Of a stretch of DNA of 64,000 nt, positions 11,062-19,913 are shown piece by piece (the first letter of the stretch is position 1; each line of letters starts with the position of its first letter). The position numbers were made by a program, and so were the translations under genes. Location of the stretch: assembly GCA_965228895.1 (NCBI GenBank), contig OZ245842.1, positions 2,368,001 to 2,432,000 of the forward strand. Reading direction: 5' to 3'. The notes under the pieces were generated by a model. The model had not been told where the DNA came from. It saw nothing but the letters and a program-made list of their open reading frames with translations, and did not search any database. Source of the DNA: Alphaproteobacteria bacterium (GTDB taxonomy: Bacteria; Pseudomonadota; Alphaproteobacteria; SP197).

Positions 11062-12219
11062 TTAGGTGCGCCGGAAGTGTTTGCTCAAGGCAAGGGCCTG
11101 GCCTTGGTAGTGGCTGCCCAGATCGGCGCCATAGAGCTTGTCGGGCACCTGCATCAACCGCTCGTAGCGCAGCCGCCCCATCATCTGGCCGTGCTCAAGC
11201 AGAAACGGCACCTCGTGGCTTCTGACTTCCAGGACCGCGCGCGATCCGGCGTCGTCGTCCGGGCTCCAGCCGAAGCCGGGATCGAAGAAGCCGGCATAGT
11301 GCACACGAAACTCACCGACCAGAGTGTCATAGGCGACCATCTCGGCAGCGTGTTCGGGCGGCACCTTGACCCGCTCCCGGGTCGCCAGGATGTAGAAGTC
11401 GTCGGGATTGAGAATCAATCCCCGGCCCGGCCTGGCGTGGATTGGCTCCCAATAGTCTTCGGGATCCAGCACGCCCTTTTTGTCGACATCGATAACGTCG
11501 GCATGCTGCTTGGCCTTGTAGCCGACCAGCGAACCTGCGCCCTCACCCTCCAGATCCAAGGTGAAGGCGATGGAATCGTCGCGGATCGATTGGGCGCCGT
11601 CGGGCGTGTCGACCAAGCGGTACTGCTCATGCAGCCGCTCCAGCGTGTCGCGCCCAAACTGGGGCGAGCCACGCCGCAGTCTGAGCTGGCACAGCCTCGA
11701 CCCCGGCCTGACGACAACGCTGAACGTGCGCGGCGAGACCTCGGCATAGAGCTTGCCCTTGTATCCCTTGGGGATGCGGTCGAACTCGGTGCCGTAGTCG
11801 GTGATGATGCGGGTGAAGATATCCAGCCTGCCGGTCGAACTCTTCGGGTTGGCGATACCCGCGATGTCGCCGGACAGGCGCAGTTCCTCCTGGATCGGCA
11901 CGATATAGACGCAGCCGCACTCCAGCACCGCACCACCGGCAAGATCGATCTGGTGCATACCGAGTTCGCGCAGTTTGCCCTCGACCGGCGCGCGCTTGCC
12001 GGTCAGGAAGCTGGCGCGGACGCGCCATGCCACGTCACCCAGGCGCAGGTCGATGCTGGACGGCTGGATCTGGTCGTCGTCAAGCGGCGACGCGGGCAGG
12101 ATATCGGCGCCAATCAGTTCGCGGATGCGCTGCGACGGCAGGACGCCGGTGGTAAACCCGGACTGCGCCTTGTTGCCGTCTTCGGCCATAGGAAAGAGTG
12201 GCGTCGGCGCCTGAGCCAT
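11062..12219 (-). CDS. dcd: dCTP deaminase (long alphaproteobacterial type)
   Basis: IQPSSIDLRLG, ANPKSSTGRLDIFTR, RVHYAGFFDPGFG. Confidence 0.93.
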   Translation of the reverse strand: MAQAPTPLFPMAEDGNKAQSGFTTGVLPSQRIRELIGADILPASPLDDDQIQPSSIDLRLGDVAWRVRASFLTGKRAPVEGKLRELGMHQIDLAGGAVLECGCVYIVPIQEELRLSGDIAGIANPKSSTGRLDIFTRIITDYGTEFDRIPKGYKGKLYAEVSPRTFSVVVRPGSRLCQLRLRRGSPQFGRDTLERLHEQYRLVDTPDGAQSIRDDSIAFTLDLEGEGAGSLVGYKAKQHADVIDVDKKGVLDPEDYWEPIHARPGRGLILNPDDFYILATRERVKVPPEHAAEMVAYDTLVGEFRVHYAGFFDPGFGWSPDDDAGSRAVLEVRSHEVPFLLEHGQMMGRLRYERLMQVPDKLYGADLGSHYQGQALALSKHFRRT

Positions 12220-12484
12220 GGCGTGCCGATCCTGTGCAAGCTGTGAGAGCTTAACCTAACAGGTGCCCGCGTCGGCGAAAGGTCGGATGCGCCAAGTTTG
12301 ACCACAAAACATCATCATAATGTTCCACATGAAGTGGAGTCGTTTTCTTATTCTGTTTCAAAGGCTTCGAGACCTGTCCTCACTTTACACTGACTGAAGA
12401 ACACTGTTCCATCCACCGTAGAGCCGACCCGGACGTCGCACGGCGCCTGTTGACGATCACCGGCGGGGGCTCTACCTCGCCTGC

Positions 12485-13831
12485 ATGGGACAGAGGATCC
12501 ACGTTATCGGCGGCGGGTTGGCCGGATCAGAGGCAGCGTGGCAGATCGCGCGCGCCGGCCTTGCCGTCGTGCTGCACGAGATGCGGCCGGTCAAAGGCAC
12601 GGACGCCCACAAGACCGACAGTCTGGCCGAACTGGTGTGTTCGAACTCCTTCCGCTCCGACGATGCCGAAAACAACGCGGTCGGCCTGCTGCACGAGGAA
12701 CTTAGGCGCGGCGGTTCGGTGATCATGGCCGCCGCCGATCGCCACCAGGTGCCGGCAGGCGGCGCGCTGGCGGTCGACCGCGATGGTTTTGCCGCCTCGG
12801 TCCAGCAGATGATCGAGAGCGAACCGCTGATCACGATCAAACGCGACGAGGTGACCGCCCTGCCCGATGCCGATTGGGGCCAGGTCATTGTCGCCACCGG
12901 ACCGCTGACGTCGGAAAGCCTGGCCGCGGACATCCGCGCGGCGACCGGCGAAGAACATCTGGCCTTCTTCGACGCCATCGCACCCATCGTCCACCGCGAC
13001 AGCATTGACATGGATATAGCGTGGTTCCAGTCACGCTATGACAAGGCAGGCCCCGGCGGCGACCGGGCGGCCTACATCAACTGCCCGATGGATATGGCGC
13101 AGTACGACGCCTTCATTGATGCGCTGATGGCGGCCGAAAAGACCGAATTCAAGGCATGGGAGGAAGACACGCCCTATTTCGAGGGCTGTCTGCCGATCGA
13201 GGTCATGGCCGAACGCGGCCGCAACACGCTGCGTTATGGGCCGATGAAGCCGGTTGGCCTGACCGACCCGAACACCGACGCGAAGCCGTTCGCTGTCGTG
13301 CAATTGCGCCAGGACAACGCGCTGGGCACGCTCTTCAACATGGTGGGCTTCCAGACCAAGCTGAAATACGGCGCGCAGACCGAGGTCTTTCGCATGATCC
13401 CGGGACTTCATAACGCGCAGTTCGCGCGCCTGGGCGGCATTCACCGCAATACCTTTATCAACAGCCCGCGACTCCTGGACGGTGCGCTCAGGCTGAGGCG
13501 CCGGCCGCACCTGCGTTTCGCGGGCCAGATCACCGGGGTCGAGGGCTATGTCGAGAGCACGGCGCTGGGCCTTCTGGCCGGGCGCTTCGCGGTTCTGGAA
13601 GCCGCCGGCCGGGCGATCATTCCGCCGCCGTCGACGACCGCGCTGGGCGCCCTGCTCAATCACGTGACCATCGGCGCCGATGCCAAGACCTTCCAGCCCA
13701 TGAACTGCAATTTCGGACTCTTCCCGCCGCCCGACCCGCGTCTGCACAAGTCCGAGCGCCGGGCGTCCTTTGTCAGCCGCGCGCGCCACGACCTCAGCAT
13801 CTGGCTCGGCGAGGCGGAGGCCGCGCAGTAG
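12485..13831 (+). CDS. trmFO: Methylenetetrahydrofolate--tRNA-(uracil-5)-methyltransferase
   Basis: [38 protein letters not shown]. Confidence 0.97.
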   Translation: MGQRIHVIGGGLAGSEAAWQIARAGLAVVLHEMRPVKGTDAHKTDSLAELVCSNSFRSDDAENNAVGLLHEELRRGGSVIMAAADRHQVPAGGALAVDRDGFAASVQQMIESEPLITIKRDEVTALPDADWGQVIVATGPLTSESLAADIRAATGEEHLAFFDAIAPIVHRDSIDMDIAWFQSRYDKAGPGGDRAAYINCPMDMAQYDAFIDALMAAEKTEFKAWEEDTPYFEGCLPIEVMAERGRNTLRYGPMKPVGLTDPNTDAKPFAVVQLRQDNALGTLFNMVGFQTKLKYGAQTEVFRMIPGLHNAQFARLGGIHRNTFINSPRLLDGALRLRRRPHLRFAGQITGVEGYVESTALGLLAGRFAVLEAAGRAIIPPPSTTALGALLNHVTIGADAKTFQPMNCNFGLFPPPDPRLHKSERRASFVSRARHDLSIWLGEAEAAQ

Positions 13832-13837
13832 GCCGGG

Positions 13838-14689
13838 CTAGAGCCGTTTCGTCATGGCGTGGAAGGCCGCCTTTACCATGCGCCCCGCGCTTCGTTCGGC
13901 AACCCGTGGATTGAAGACGTCATAGCCAAGCCTGCGCATCCGGGCGAGGTCGCTGTTCGCTAAGGATACCGGCAAAAGGGCCGGCACCGCCGCGCTGGGC
14001 AACGCCTGCGACAAGGCCCGGGCACGCTTGGTGTGCTCACGAGCCAAGGCGGCGACTGCCCCAACGGTTGCCGCCAACGCCGGACTGTTCCTGCCGGACC
14101 TGAGTTCGCGTTCGGTCAGGCCGTACGCAGCCATGGTCTCGGACGGCAGCAGGACGCGTCCGGCGGCCAGGAAGTGCGGTGTTGCGCGCAACAGACCTGT
14201 CATCGCTTGCGCGGTTCCCGTTGCTTCGGCCGCCTCGTGCGCGACCTCTCCTCTGACACCGAGCACGCCGAGTGCCAGTTCGACCACCGGTGAGGCCGTG
14301 CGCCGAGCGTAGGTTTCCAGCGCCTCGAGCGTCTTGGGTTGGGTTGCCTCCAGATCCGCGCCACGAGCGTCGACGAGCGCATCGAGCAGGTTGCGGTCGA
14401 GGTCATAGCGTTCGATCGCCGGCTGCAGCGCCGTCACCACGTCATGGCGACGAAACGTGCCGCCATAAAGGCCCTCGATCGCCTCGCGCCACCACTGCAG
14501 GCGGATCTCGCCCAGCATCGGCTCGCTGATCTTGTCCTGGACCGCCGCAAGCTCCGCATTGAAGGCATAGATCGCCAACAGGTCCTCGCGCCGGTCCGGC
14601 GGCGCAAAGAGAGCACAAAACCAGCGATCCCGGTCATAGCGTTTGACCGCGACCGCACATGCCGACAGATTGGCGTCAGCGCGGCCCAC
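13838..14689 (-). CDS. Squalene/phytoene synthase-family protein (NDUFAF6-like complex I assembly factor)
   Basis: YDRDRWFCALFAP, YAFNAEL, EPMLGEIRLQWWRE; start uncertain (GTG 14689). Confidence 0.85.
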   Translation of the reverse strand: MGRADANLSACAVAVKRYDRDRWFCALFAPPDRREDLLAIYAFNAELAAVQDKISEPMLGEIRLQWWREAIEGLYGGTFRRHDVVTALQPAIERYDLDRNLLDALVDARGADLEATQPKTLEALETYARRTASPVVELALGVLGVRGEVAHEAAEATGTAQAMTGLLRATPHFLAAGRVLLPSETMAAYGLTERELRSGRNSPALAATVGAVAALAREHTKRARALSQALPSAAVPALLPVSLANSDLARMRRLGYDVFNPRVAERSAGRMVKAAFHAMTKRL

Positions 14690-14744
14690 ATTGCCCCCAG
14701 ACCCAAATGGAATGACTGCTCCGTCCGCACATTGTGGCACGATC

Positions 14745-15581
14745 ATGGAGGTTCAAGCGCCGTCCCGCGACCATACATCGGAGAATTTCCCCGTTGCCTC
14801 CTGGCTGTTGCCCAAGGAGAGCCGGCCGCATGTGCTCGCGTTCTACCGCTTCGCCCGCGCCGCCGACGATATCGCCGACGGGACCGAGCGCACGGTGGCC
14901 GAAAAATGCGACCGCCTGGACCGTATGCTGGGCGTCCTGGACGGCGCGGCACCGGCAAGCGGGCCTGAGCAAGCCGCAGCCCGTCTTGTTGAAAGCCTGG
15001 CACAAACCGGCGTCACCGATCAGTACGCGCGCCAGGTGCTGCAGGCGTTCCGTCGGGATGCCGAAAACCCGCGCTGCCGGACCTGGAGCGATCTGATGCT
15101 CTATTGCCGCTATTCGGCCGCTCCGGTCGGACGGCTCCTGATCGACACCACCGGCGAGGATGCCGCCGCCTACCCGGCGTCGGATGCCCTATGCGCAGCG
15201 CTTCAGGTGCTGAATCACATGCAGGACTGCGGTGACGACCGTCGGCGCATCGACCGCGTCTACATCCCGACCGACTGGCTGGCCAGCGAGGGCGCGTCGG
15301 TGGAGGATCTGGACAATAATCAGGCGAGCCCCGGACTGCGCAAGGTCCTCGATCGCTGTCTCGACGGCGTCGACGTCCTGCTGACCCAGGCCGCGCCGCT
15401 CTCGCGCCTGCTGGGTCGCAGTCGGTTGCGCTACGACGCTGCGGTCATCTATGAAATCGCCTGCCGGCTCACACAACGGCTTCGGCGCAGCGACCCGCTG
15501 GCGCGGCGGATCGCGCTGAGCAAACCCGAGCGCGGCATCTGCCTGGTTCGCGGCCTGGTTCGAGGCTTGCAACACCGATGA
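14745..15581 (+). CDS. hpnC: Hydroxysqualene synthase HpnC
   Basis: ENFPVASWLL, FARAADDIAD, YCRYSAAPVGR. Confidence 0.92.
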   Translation: MEVQAPSRDHTSENFPVASWLLPKESRPHVLAFYRFARAADDIADGTERTVAEKCDRLDRMLGVLDGAAPASGPEQAAARLVESLAQTGVTDQYARQVLQAFRRDAENPRCRTWSDLMLYCRYSAAPVGRLLIDTTGEDAAAYPASDALCAALQVLNHMQDCGDDRRRIDRVYIPTDWLASEGASVEDLDNNQASPGLRKVLDRCLDGVDVLLTQAAPLSRLLGRSRLRYDAAVIYEIACRLTQRLRRSDPLARRIALSKPERGICLVRGLVRGLQHR

Positions 15582-16441
15582 CACAGGCGGCCGACAGGAT
15601 AGGCGAAGCCGAGAGTTGGGCTCATGTCGAACGTCTCGTTCAGGGCTCCAAGAGCTCGTTCTACTGGGCGATGCGGCTGCTGCCGGCCGCCAAGCGCCGC
15701 GCCATGTTCGCGATCTACGCCTATTGCCGGGAACTCGACGACATCGCCGACGAACCGGCCCCCGAAACCGAGAAACAGCAAGGGCTTGCCGCGTGGCGGA
15801 AGGAAGTGAACGCTGTTTATGAGAACGCGCCGACGACGCCACTGGGGCGGACGCTGAACGATGTGCGCCAGCACTACCCAATCCGGCGCGACGATCTGCT
15901 TGCGGTCATCGACGGGGTCGAGACCGATGCCGACGGCCCCGTGGTTCGGCCCAGCCTGGCCGACCTCGAACTCTATTGTGACCGTGTTGCGGGCGCGGTC
16001 GGCCTGCTATCCGTCGCCGTTTTTGGGGCCACCGGGAGCGCGGGCAAAGCGCTCGCGCGTTCGCTGGGCCGCGCGCTTCAGTTCACGAACATCTTGAGAG
16101 ACCTGCGGGAGGATGCCGCTGATGGTCGCGTCTATCTGCCGGACGAGTGGCTGCGCGATGCCGGCATCGAAGCCAGGTCGCCGGCAACGATCATGGCCGA
16201 TCCCGCCTTGGCTGGCGTGTGCCGCACCATGGCGGCCGCAGCCAACAGCTATTTCGAGCAAGCGGATAGCGCCCTGGCAGACTGCGACCGTCGCGCCGTG
16301 CGCCCGGCGGTCGTGATGATGGTGAGTTATCGCCGGCTGTTGCACAAAATGGAGCGGCGCGGCTGGCCGCCGGCGGGTGACAAGGTTCGCCTTTCGGCAA
16401 TGGAAAAGCTTGCTATCGGCGTCTATCACGGCCTGCTGTGA
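15578..16441 (+). CDS. hpnD: Presqualene diphosphate synthase HpnD
   Basis: SSFYWAMRLL, YCRELDDIAD, LQFTNILRD; ATGA overlap with hpnC. Confidence 0.92.
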   Translation: MTQAADRIGEAESWAHVERLVQGSKSSFYWAMRLLPAAKRRAMFAIYAYCRELDDIADEPAPETEKQQGLAAWRKEVNAVYENAPTTPLGRTLNDVRQHYPIRRDDLLAVIDGVETDADGPVVRPSLADLELYCDRVAGAVGLLSVAVFGATGSAGKALARSLGRALQFTNILRDLREDAADGRVYLPDEWLRDAGIEARSPATIMADPALAGVCRTMAAAANSYFEQADSALADCDRRAVRPAVVMMVSYRRLLHKMERRGWPPAGDKVRLSAMEKLAIGVYHGLL

Positions 16442-17649
16442 CAGTTTTTGTCATTGGCGCCGGCATCGCCGGGCTCGCCGCAGCGCTGGCCGTGGCACAA
16501 AGCGGCCGCGATGTGACTGTCATTGAAGCGGCGCCCCAGGCCGGCGGCCGCTGCCGTTCGCTCGACGACGCTACCCTGGAGCGGCGCATCGATAACGGCA
16601 GCCATGTGCTGCTGGGTGCCAACCCTGCCGCTTTCGCTTATCTGGAAACCATCGATGCGCGTGACACGGTCATGCGTCTGGACCTCGCCGGCTATCGCTT
16701 TGCCGACCTGGAAACCGGCGAACGGTGGTCTTACCAGGCTGGCCTGCCCATGCCTGGGGTCAGCCTGTGGCACCACCTGCGCACACTCGGCCTGTTCCTT
16801 GCCGGTGCTGACCGGACAGTCGCCCAGGCGCTTGGATCCGGTCCGCTAATGCGCCGGTTCTGGGCGCCGATGACCTTCGCGATCTTAAACACCGCGCCCG
16901 ACGAGGCTTCCGCCCACATGCTGCGGCGTGCGTTCATGGCGATCCTCCGTCATGGCCGTCGAGGTCTTCATATGCACATGGCGCGCGATGGCCTGAGCGA
17001 GAGCTTTGTCGATCCGGCTCTGGACAAGCTCAGAAAGCTTGGTGCCACCACGCGGTTCGGGCAACGGGTCGTCGGCCTGTCGTTTGACCGGAAACGCGTG
17101 ACGGCACTGTCCCTGGGCGACCAATCGATACCGCTCGCCGATGGCGATTGGGTCATTGTGGCCACCGGTCCAAAGGCGGCAGGCGACCTTATCCCAGGCC
17201 TTGTGACACCAAAGGGCGACAATGCGATCGTGAACGGACACTTCCTGGTCGACGGCATCGGCGAAGCCGACGGCCGGCCCGGCGCCATGGGTCTGGTCGG
17301 CGCCACCGCCCAGTGGCTCTTTTGGCGCGAAAGGGTTGTCTCGGCCACGGTCAGCGCCGCAAACGATCTGGCCGCGCAGGACAACGCCGCCATCGCGGCA
17401 ATGCTGTGGCGCGACATCACCCGGGCGCTGGATTTGGGCGACGCGCCCCTACCCCTTTTTCGAATCGTGAAGGAGAAGCGCGCGACCTTTGCGCAAACCT
17501 GCGCCAACGATCGGCGGCGGCCGCCATCCAGGACGCATATCAGCAATCTCCTGGCTGCCGGCGACTGGACCGACACCGGCCTGCCGGCGTCTATCGAAAG
17601 CGCGGTTCGCTCAGGCAACCGGGCCGCACAGCTTGTGTTGGCAGTCTGA
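16438..17649 (+). CDS. hpnE: Hydroxysqualene dehydroxylase HpnE
   Basis: GAGIAG, GGRCRS, IDNGSH, AGDWTDTGLPASIESA; GTGA overlap with hpnD. Confidence 0.92.
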   Translation: MTVFVIGAGIAGLAAALAVAQSGRDVTVIEAAPQAGGRCRSLDDATLERRIDNGSHVLLGANPAAFAYLETIDARDTVMRLDLAGYRFADLETGERWSYQAGLPMPGVSLWHHLRTLGLFLAGADRTVAQALGSGPLMRRFWAPMTFAILNTAPDEASAHMLRRAFMAILRHGRRGLHMHMARDGLSESFVDPALDKLRKLGATTRFGQRVVGLSFDRKRVTALSLGDQSIPLADGDWVIVATGPKAAGDLIPGLVTPKGDNAIVNGHFLVDGIGEADGRPGAMGLVGATAQWLFWRERVVSATVSAANDLAAQDNAAIAAMLWRDITRALDLGDAPLPLFRIVKEKRATFAQTCANDRRRPPSRTHISNLLAAGDWTDTGLPASIESAVRSGNRAAQLVLAV

Positions 17650-17876
17650 CGCGTCGTCGAACGCTGGGGAATGAATTAGAAAGAATTTACTTCTCAATCT
17701 AGACACGAAGCGCGTTCTGGCCCTTAAATGGCGCCAGTGAATACGGCCGACGGCACGGGGTGTTCGTCGGTCAAGAGCGTCGGTCGAGCGCAACTGCGGT
17801 CCAACGTTACGCACAACAGTTAGCGGTGAACGGCGTTCACTTTGAAACATCGTCTAGATGTGGTGGGGGTTAACCA

Positions 17877-17969
17877 ATGGCGAAAATTCTGCAGTCCTTA
17901 CCCGCAACGGTGATTGCCGGCGTTGTCCTGACGGTCATCGTCGCGATCATCATTCTCGCTGTAAACTGA
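17877..17969 (+). CDS. 30-aa single-TM microprotein MAKILQSLPATVIAGVVLTVIVAIIILAVN
   Basis: GGGGGT RBS, host-like codons, one hydrophobic helix; too short for the ORF track. Confidence 0.75.
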   Translation: MAKILQSLPATVIAGVVLTVIVAIIILAVN

Positions 17970-17994
17970 TGCCACGGTGATGAGGGGGTAAGTT

Positions 17995-18495
17995 ATGGAC
18001 GAATTCTTCTGGTCGTTTCTGTTCCGCTATCTGCACGTCATCAGCGGCGTGATGTGGATCGGTCTGCTTTGGTATTTCAACTTCGTGCAGATCCCGAACA
18101 TGCCCAAGATCCCGGATGAGCAAAAACCGGCTATCGGCAAGGTGATCGCGCCGGCGGCGCTGTTCTGGTTCCGCTGGGGCGCCATGGCGACCATCGTGAC
18201 CGGTCTGATCCTGGCCTGGTTGAACGGCTATCTGGTCGACGCCATTCTTGTCGGCATCACCGATAACGGCGGCAGCACCGCCATCGGCATCGGCATGTGG
18301 CTGGGCACCATCATGTTCATCAACGTGTGGATGGTGATCTGGCCCAACCAGAAACGTGCGCTCGGCATTGTCGAGGCCGACGCCGACAGCAAGGCCAAGT
18401 CGGCCCGCACGGCGATGCTGTTCTCTCGAACCAACACGATGCTGTCGATTCCCATGCTGTTCTGCATGGTGTCGCAGCAGAATCCCTGGTGGTAG
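17995..18495 (+). CDS. Membrane protein, urate oxidase N-terminal / PuuD-like family (no cytochrome c domain)
   Basis: RYLHVISGVMWIGLLWYFNF, NVWMVIWPNQK, SRTNTMLSIPMLF. Confidence 0.85.
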   Translation: MDEFFWSFLFRYLHVISGVMWIGLLWYFNFVQIPNMPKIPDEQKPAIGKVIAPAALFWFRWGAMATIVTGLILAWLNGYLVDAILVGITDNGGSTAIGIGMWLGTIMFINVWMVIWPNQKRALGIVEADADSKAKSARTAMLFSRTNTMLSIPMLFCMVSQQNPWW

Positions 18496-18518
18496 GCCGA
18501 GAAGAGCGGTTCGTATCC

Positions 18519-18552
18519 AAGAGAGCGGGGCCTTCGGGTCCCGCTCTTTTTC
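18519..18552 (+). terminator. Intrinsic terminator, probably bidirectional
   Basis: AAGAGAGCGGGGCC-TTCG-GGTCCCGCTCTTTTT between convergent genes. Confidence 0.85.
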
Positions 18553-18553
18553 G

Positions 18554-18931
18554 TTAGACCGCGATCATCGCCGCGGCGACGTGACGGCCGTCGGCGACCA
18601 GCAGGTTGAAGGTGCGGCAGGCCGCGCCCGTGTCCATGACATCGGCAATAATGCCCCGCGGGCGAAGCGCGTCACGCACGGCTTGGTCGACGCGCGGCAC
18701 ATCGTGACCACTGCCAATCAGCAGGATGTCGACGGGTTCGGCGGCGTCGCAAACAGGGACCAGGCTGGCGGCCGTTACATCGGCGATCGAGGCAACCGGC
18801 CAGGCAAGGACGGTCGAGGGCAGGACAATCAGGGAGCCTTCGTAGCGCTGACCGGAGATACGAAATCCGCCGTCGCCATAGGCCTGCACCAGCTTTGGGC
18901 CGCTCTCGGCATCCGGCGTCATGTCCCGCAT
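18554..18931 (-). CDS. Mth938-like protein (NDUFAF3 homologue)
   Basis: VQAYGDGGFRISG, ILLIGSG, MDTGAACRTFNLL; directly after secF. Confidence 0.9.
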   Translation of the reverse strand: MRDMTPDAESGPKLVQAYGDGGFRISGQRYEGSLIVLPSTVLAWPVASIADVTAASLVPVCDAAEPVDILLIGSGHDVPRVDQAVRDALRPRGIIADVMDTGAACRTFNLLVADGRHVAAAMIAV

Positions 18932-18935
18932 CGGC

Positions 18936-19904
18936 TTAGGGCGTCGCGTCCGCCGAGGCGTCCCCTTCGTCATCCTCGGCCTTGTCCTCGGTTTTGTCGA
19001 ACGTGCGGCGCCCTGGCTGGAGGTAGAGCAGCAGCGGGGCGGCGACAAAGACCGAGGAATAGGTGCCGATGATGACGCCCCAGATCATGGCCAGCGTGAA
19101 GCCGGCAATAACCTCGCCGCCGAAGATATAAAGAGCGAACAAGGCAATCAGGGTTGTGCCGCTGGTCATGATCGTGCGCGACAGCGTGTCGTTGAGCGAC
19201 TTGTCCAGCAGGTCGACGAGCGGCAGTTTCTTGAATTTGCGCAGGTTTTCCCGAACCCGGTCGTAAATGACCACCGTATCGTTCATCGAATAACCGACGA
19301 TGGTCAGCAAGGCCGCCACGATAGGCAGGCCGAAGTCGAGTTGCGTCAATGAGAACAGACCGATGGTCAAGATGACGTCGTGCAGCAGCGCGATGACGGC
19401 GCCCAGCGAGAACTGCCACTCGAAACGCAACCAGATATAGATCAGCATCGCGCCCAGCGCGATCAAAACGGCCATAACGCCTTTTTCGATCAACTCTTGG
19501 CTAACCTGGGGCCCAACGAACTCAATACGCCGATAGTCGACAGGGCCGAAGTCGTTGTCCAGAACGCCCCGGACAATCTCGACGGCGGCCTGCTGGGCCG
19601 CCTCGTCGCCTTCCTGGCGCTGAATCCGGATCAGGACGTCGGTATCCTGGCCAAACTCCTGAAGCGATACCTCGCCAAGGTCCAGATCGTTGAGCGCGTT
19701 GCGCATGCCGCCGATATCGGCCGGGCCTTCGCTTCGCACTTCCACCAGCGTGCCGCCGCGAAAGTCGATGCCGAAGTTCAGACCCATCACGAGGAACAGC
19801 ACAATCGACGCCACGATGCCGACCGCCGACAGGCCCATGGCCATGTTGCGCCAGCGCATGAACGGCACATGCGTGTCTTTGGGAACCAGGCGAAGCGGTT
19901 TCAT
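18936..19904 (-). CDS. secF: Protein translocase subunit SecF
   Basis: GLNFGIDFRGG, LLHDV, GYSMNDTVVIYDRVRE. Confidence 0.97.
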   Translation of the reverse strand: MKPLRLVPKDTHVPFMRWRNMAMGLSAVGIVASIVLFLVMGLNFGIDFRGGTLVEVRSEGPADIGGMRNALNDLDLGEVSLQEFGQDTDVLIRIQRQEGDEAAQQAAVEIVRGVLDNDFGPVDYRRIEFVGPQVSQELIEKGVMAVLIALGAMLIYIWLRFEWQFSLGAVIALLHDVILTIGLFSLTQLDFGLPIVAALLTIVGYSMNDTVVIYDRVRENLRKFKKLPLVDLLDKSLNDTLSRTIMTSGTTLIALFALYIFGGEVIAGFTLAMIWGVIIGTYSSVFVAAPLLLYLQPGRRTFDKTEDKAEDDEGDASADATP

Positions 19905-19913
19905 GGCATCGTC

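Noticed and set aside
12310-12340. dif-like (CATAATGT...) or parS-like (TGTTCCACATGAAG) sequence in the dcd/trmFO spacer
   Set aside because: The XerD arm lacks TTATG and the second parS half-site is poor; more likely ordinary AT-rich promoter DNA
17665-17870. Riboswitch or Irr box upstream of the microprotein
   Set aside because: Only short hairpins and a weak partial ICE-like match; no recognisable aptamer
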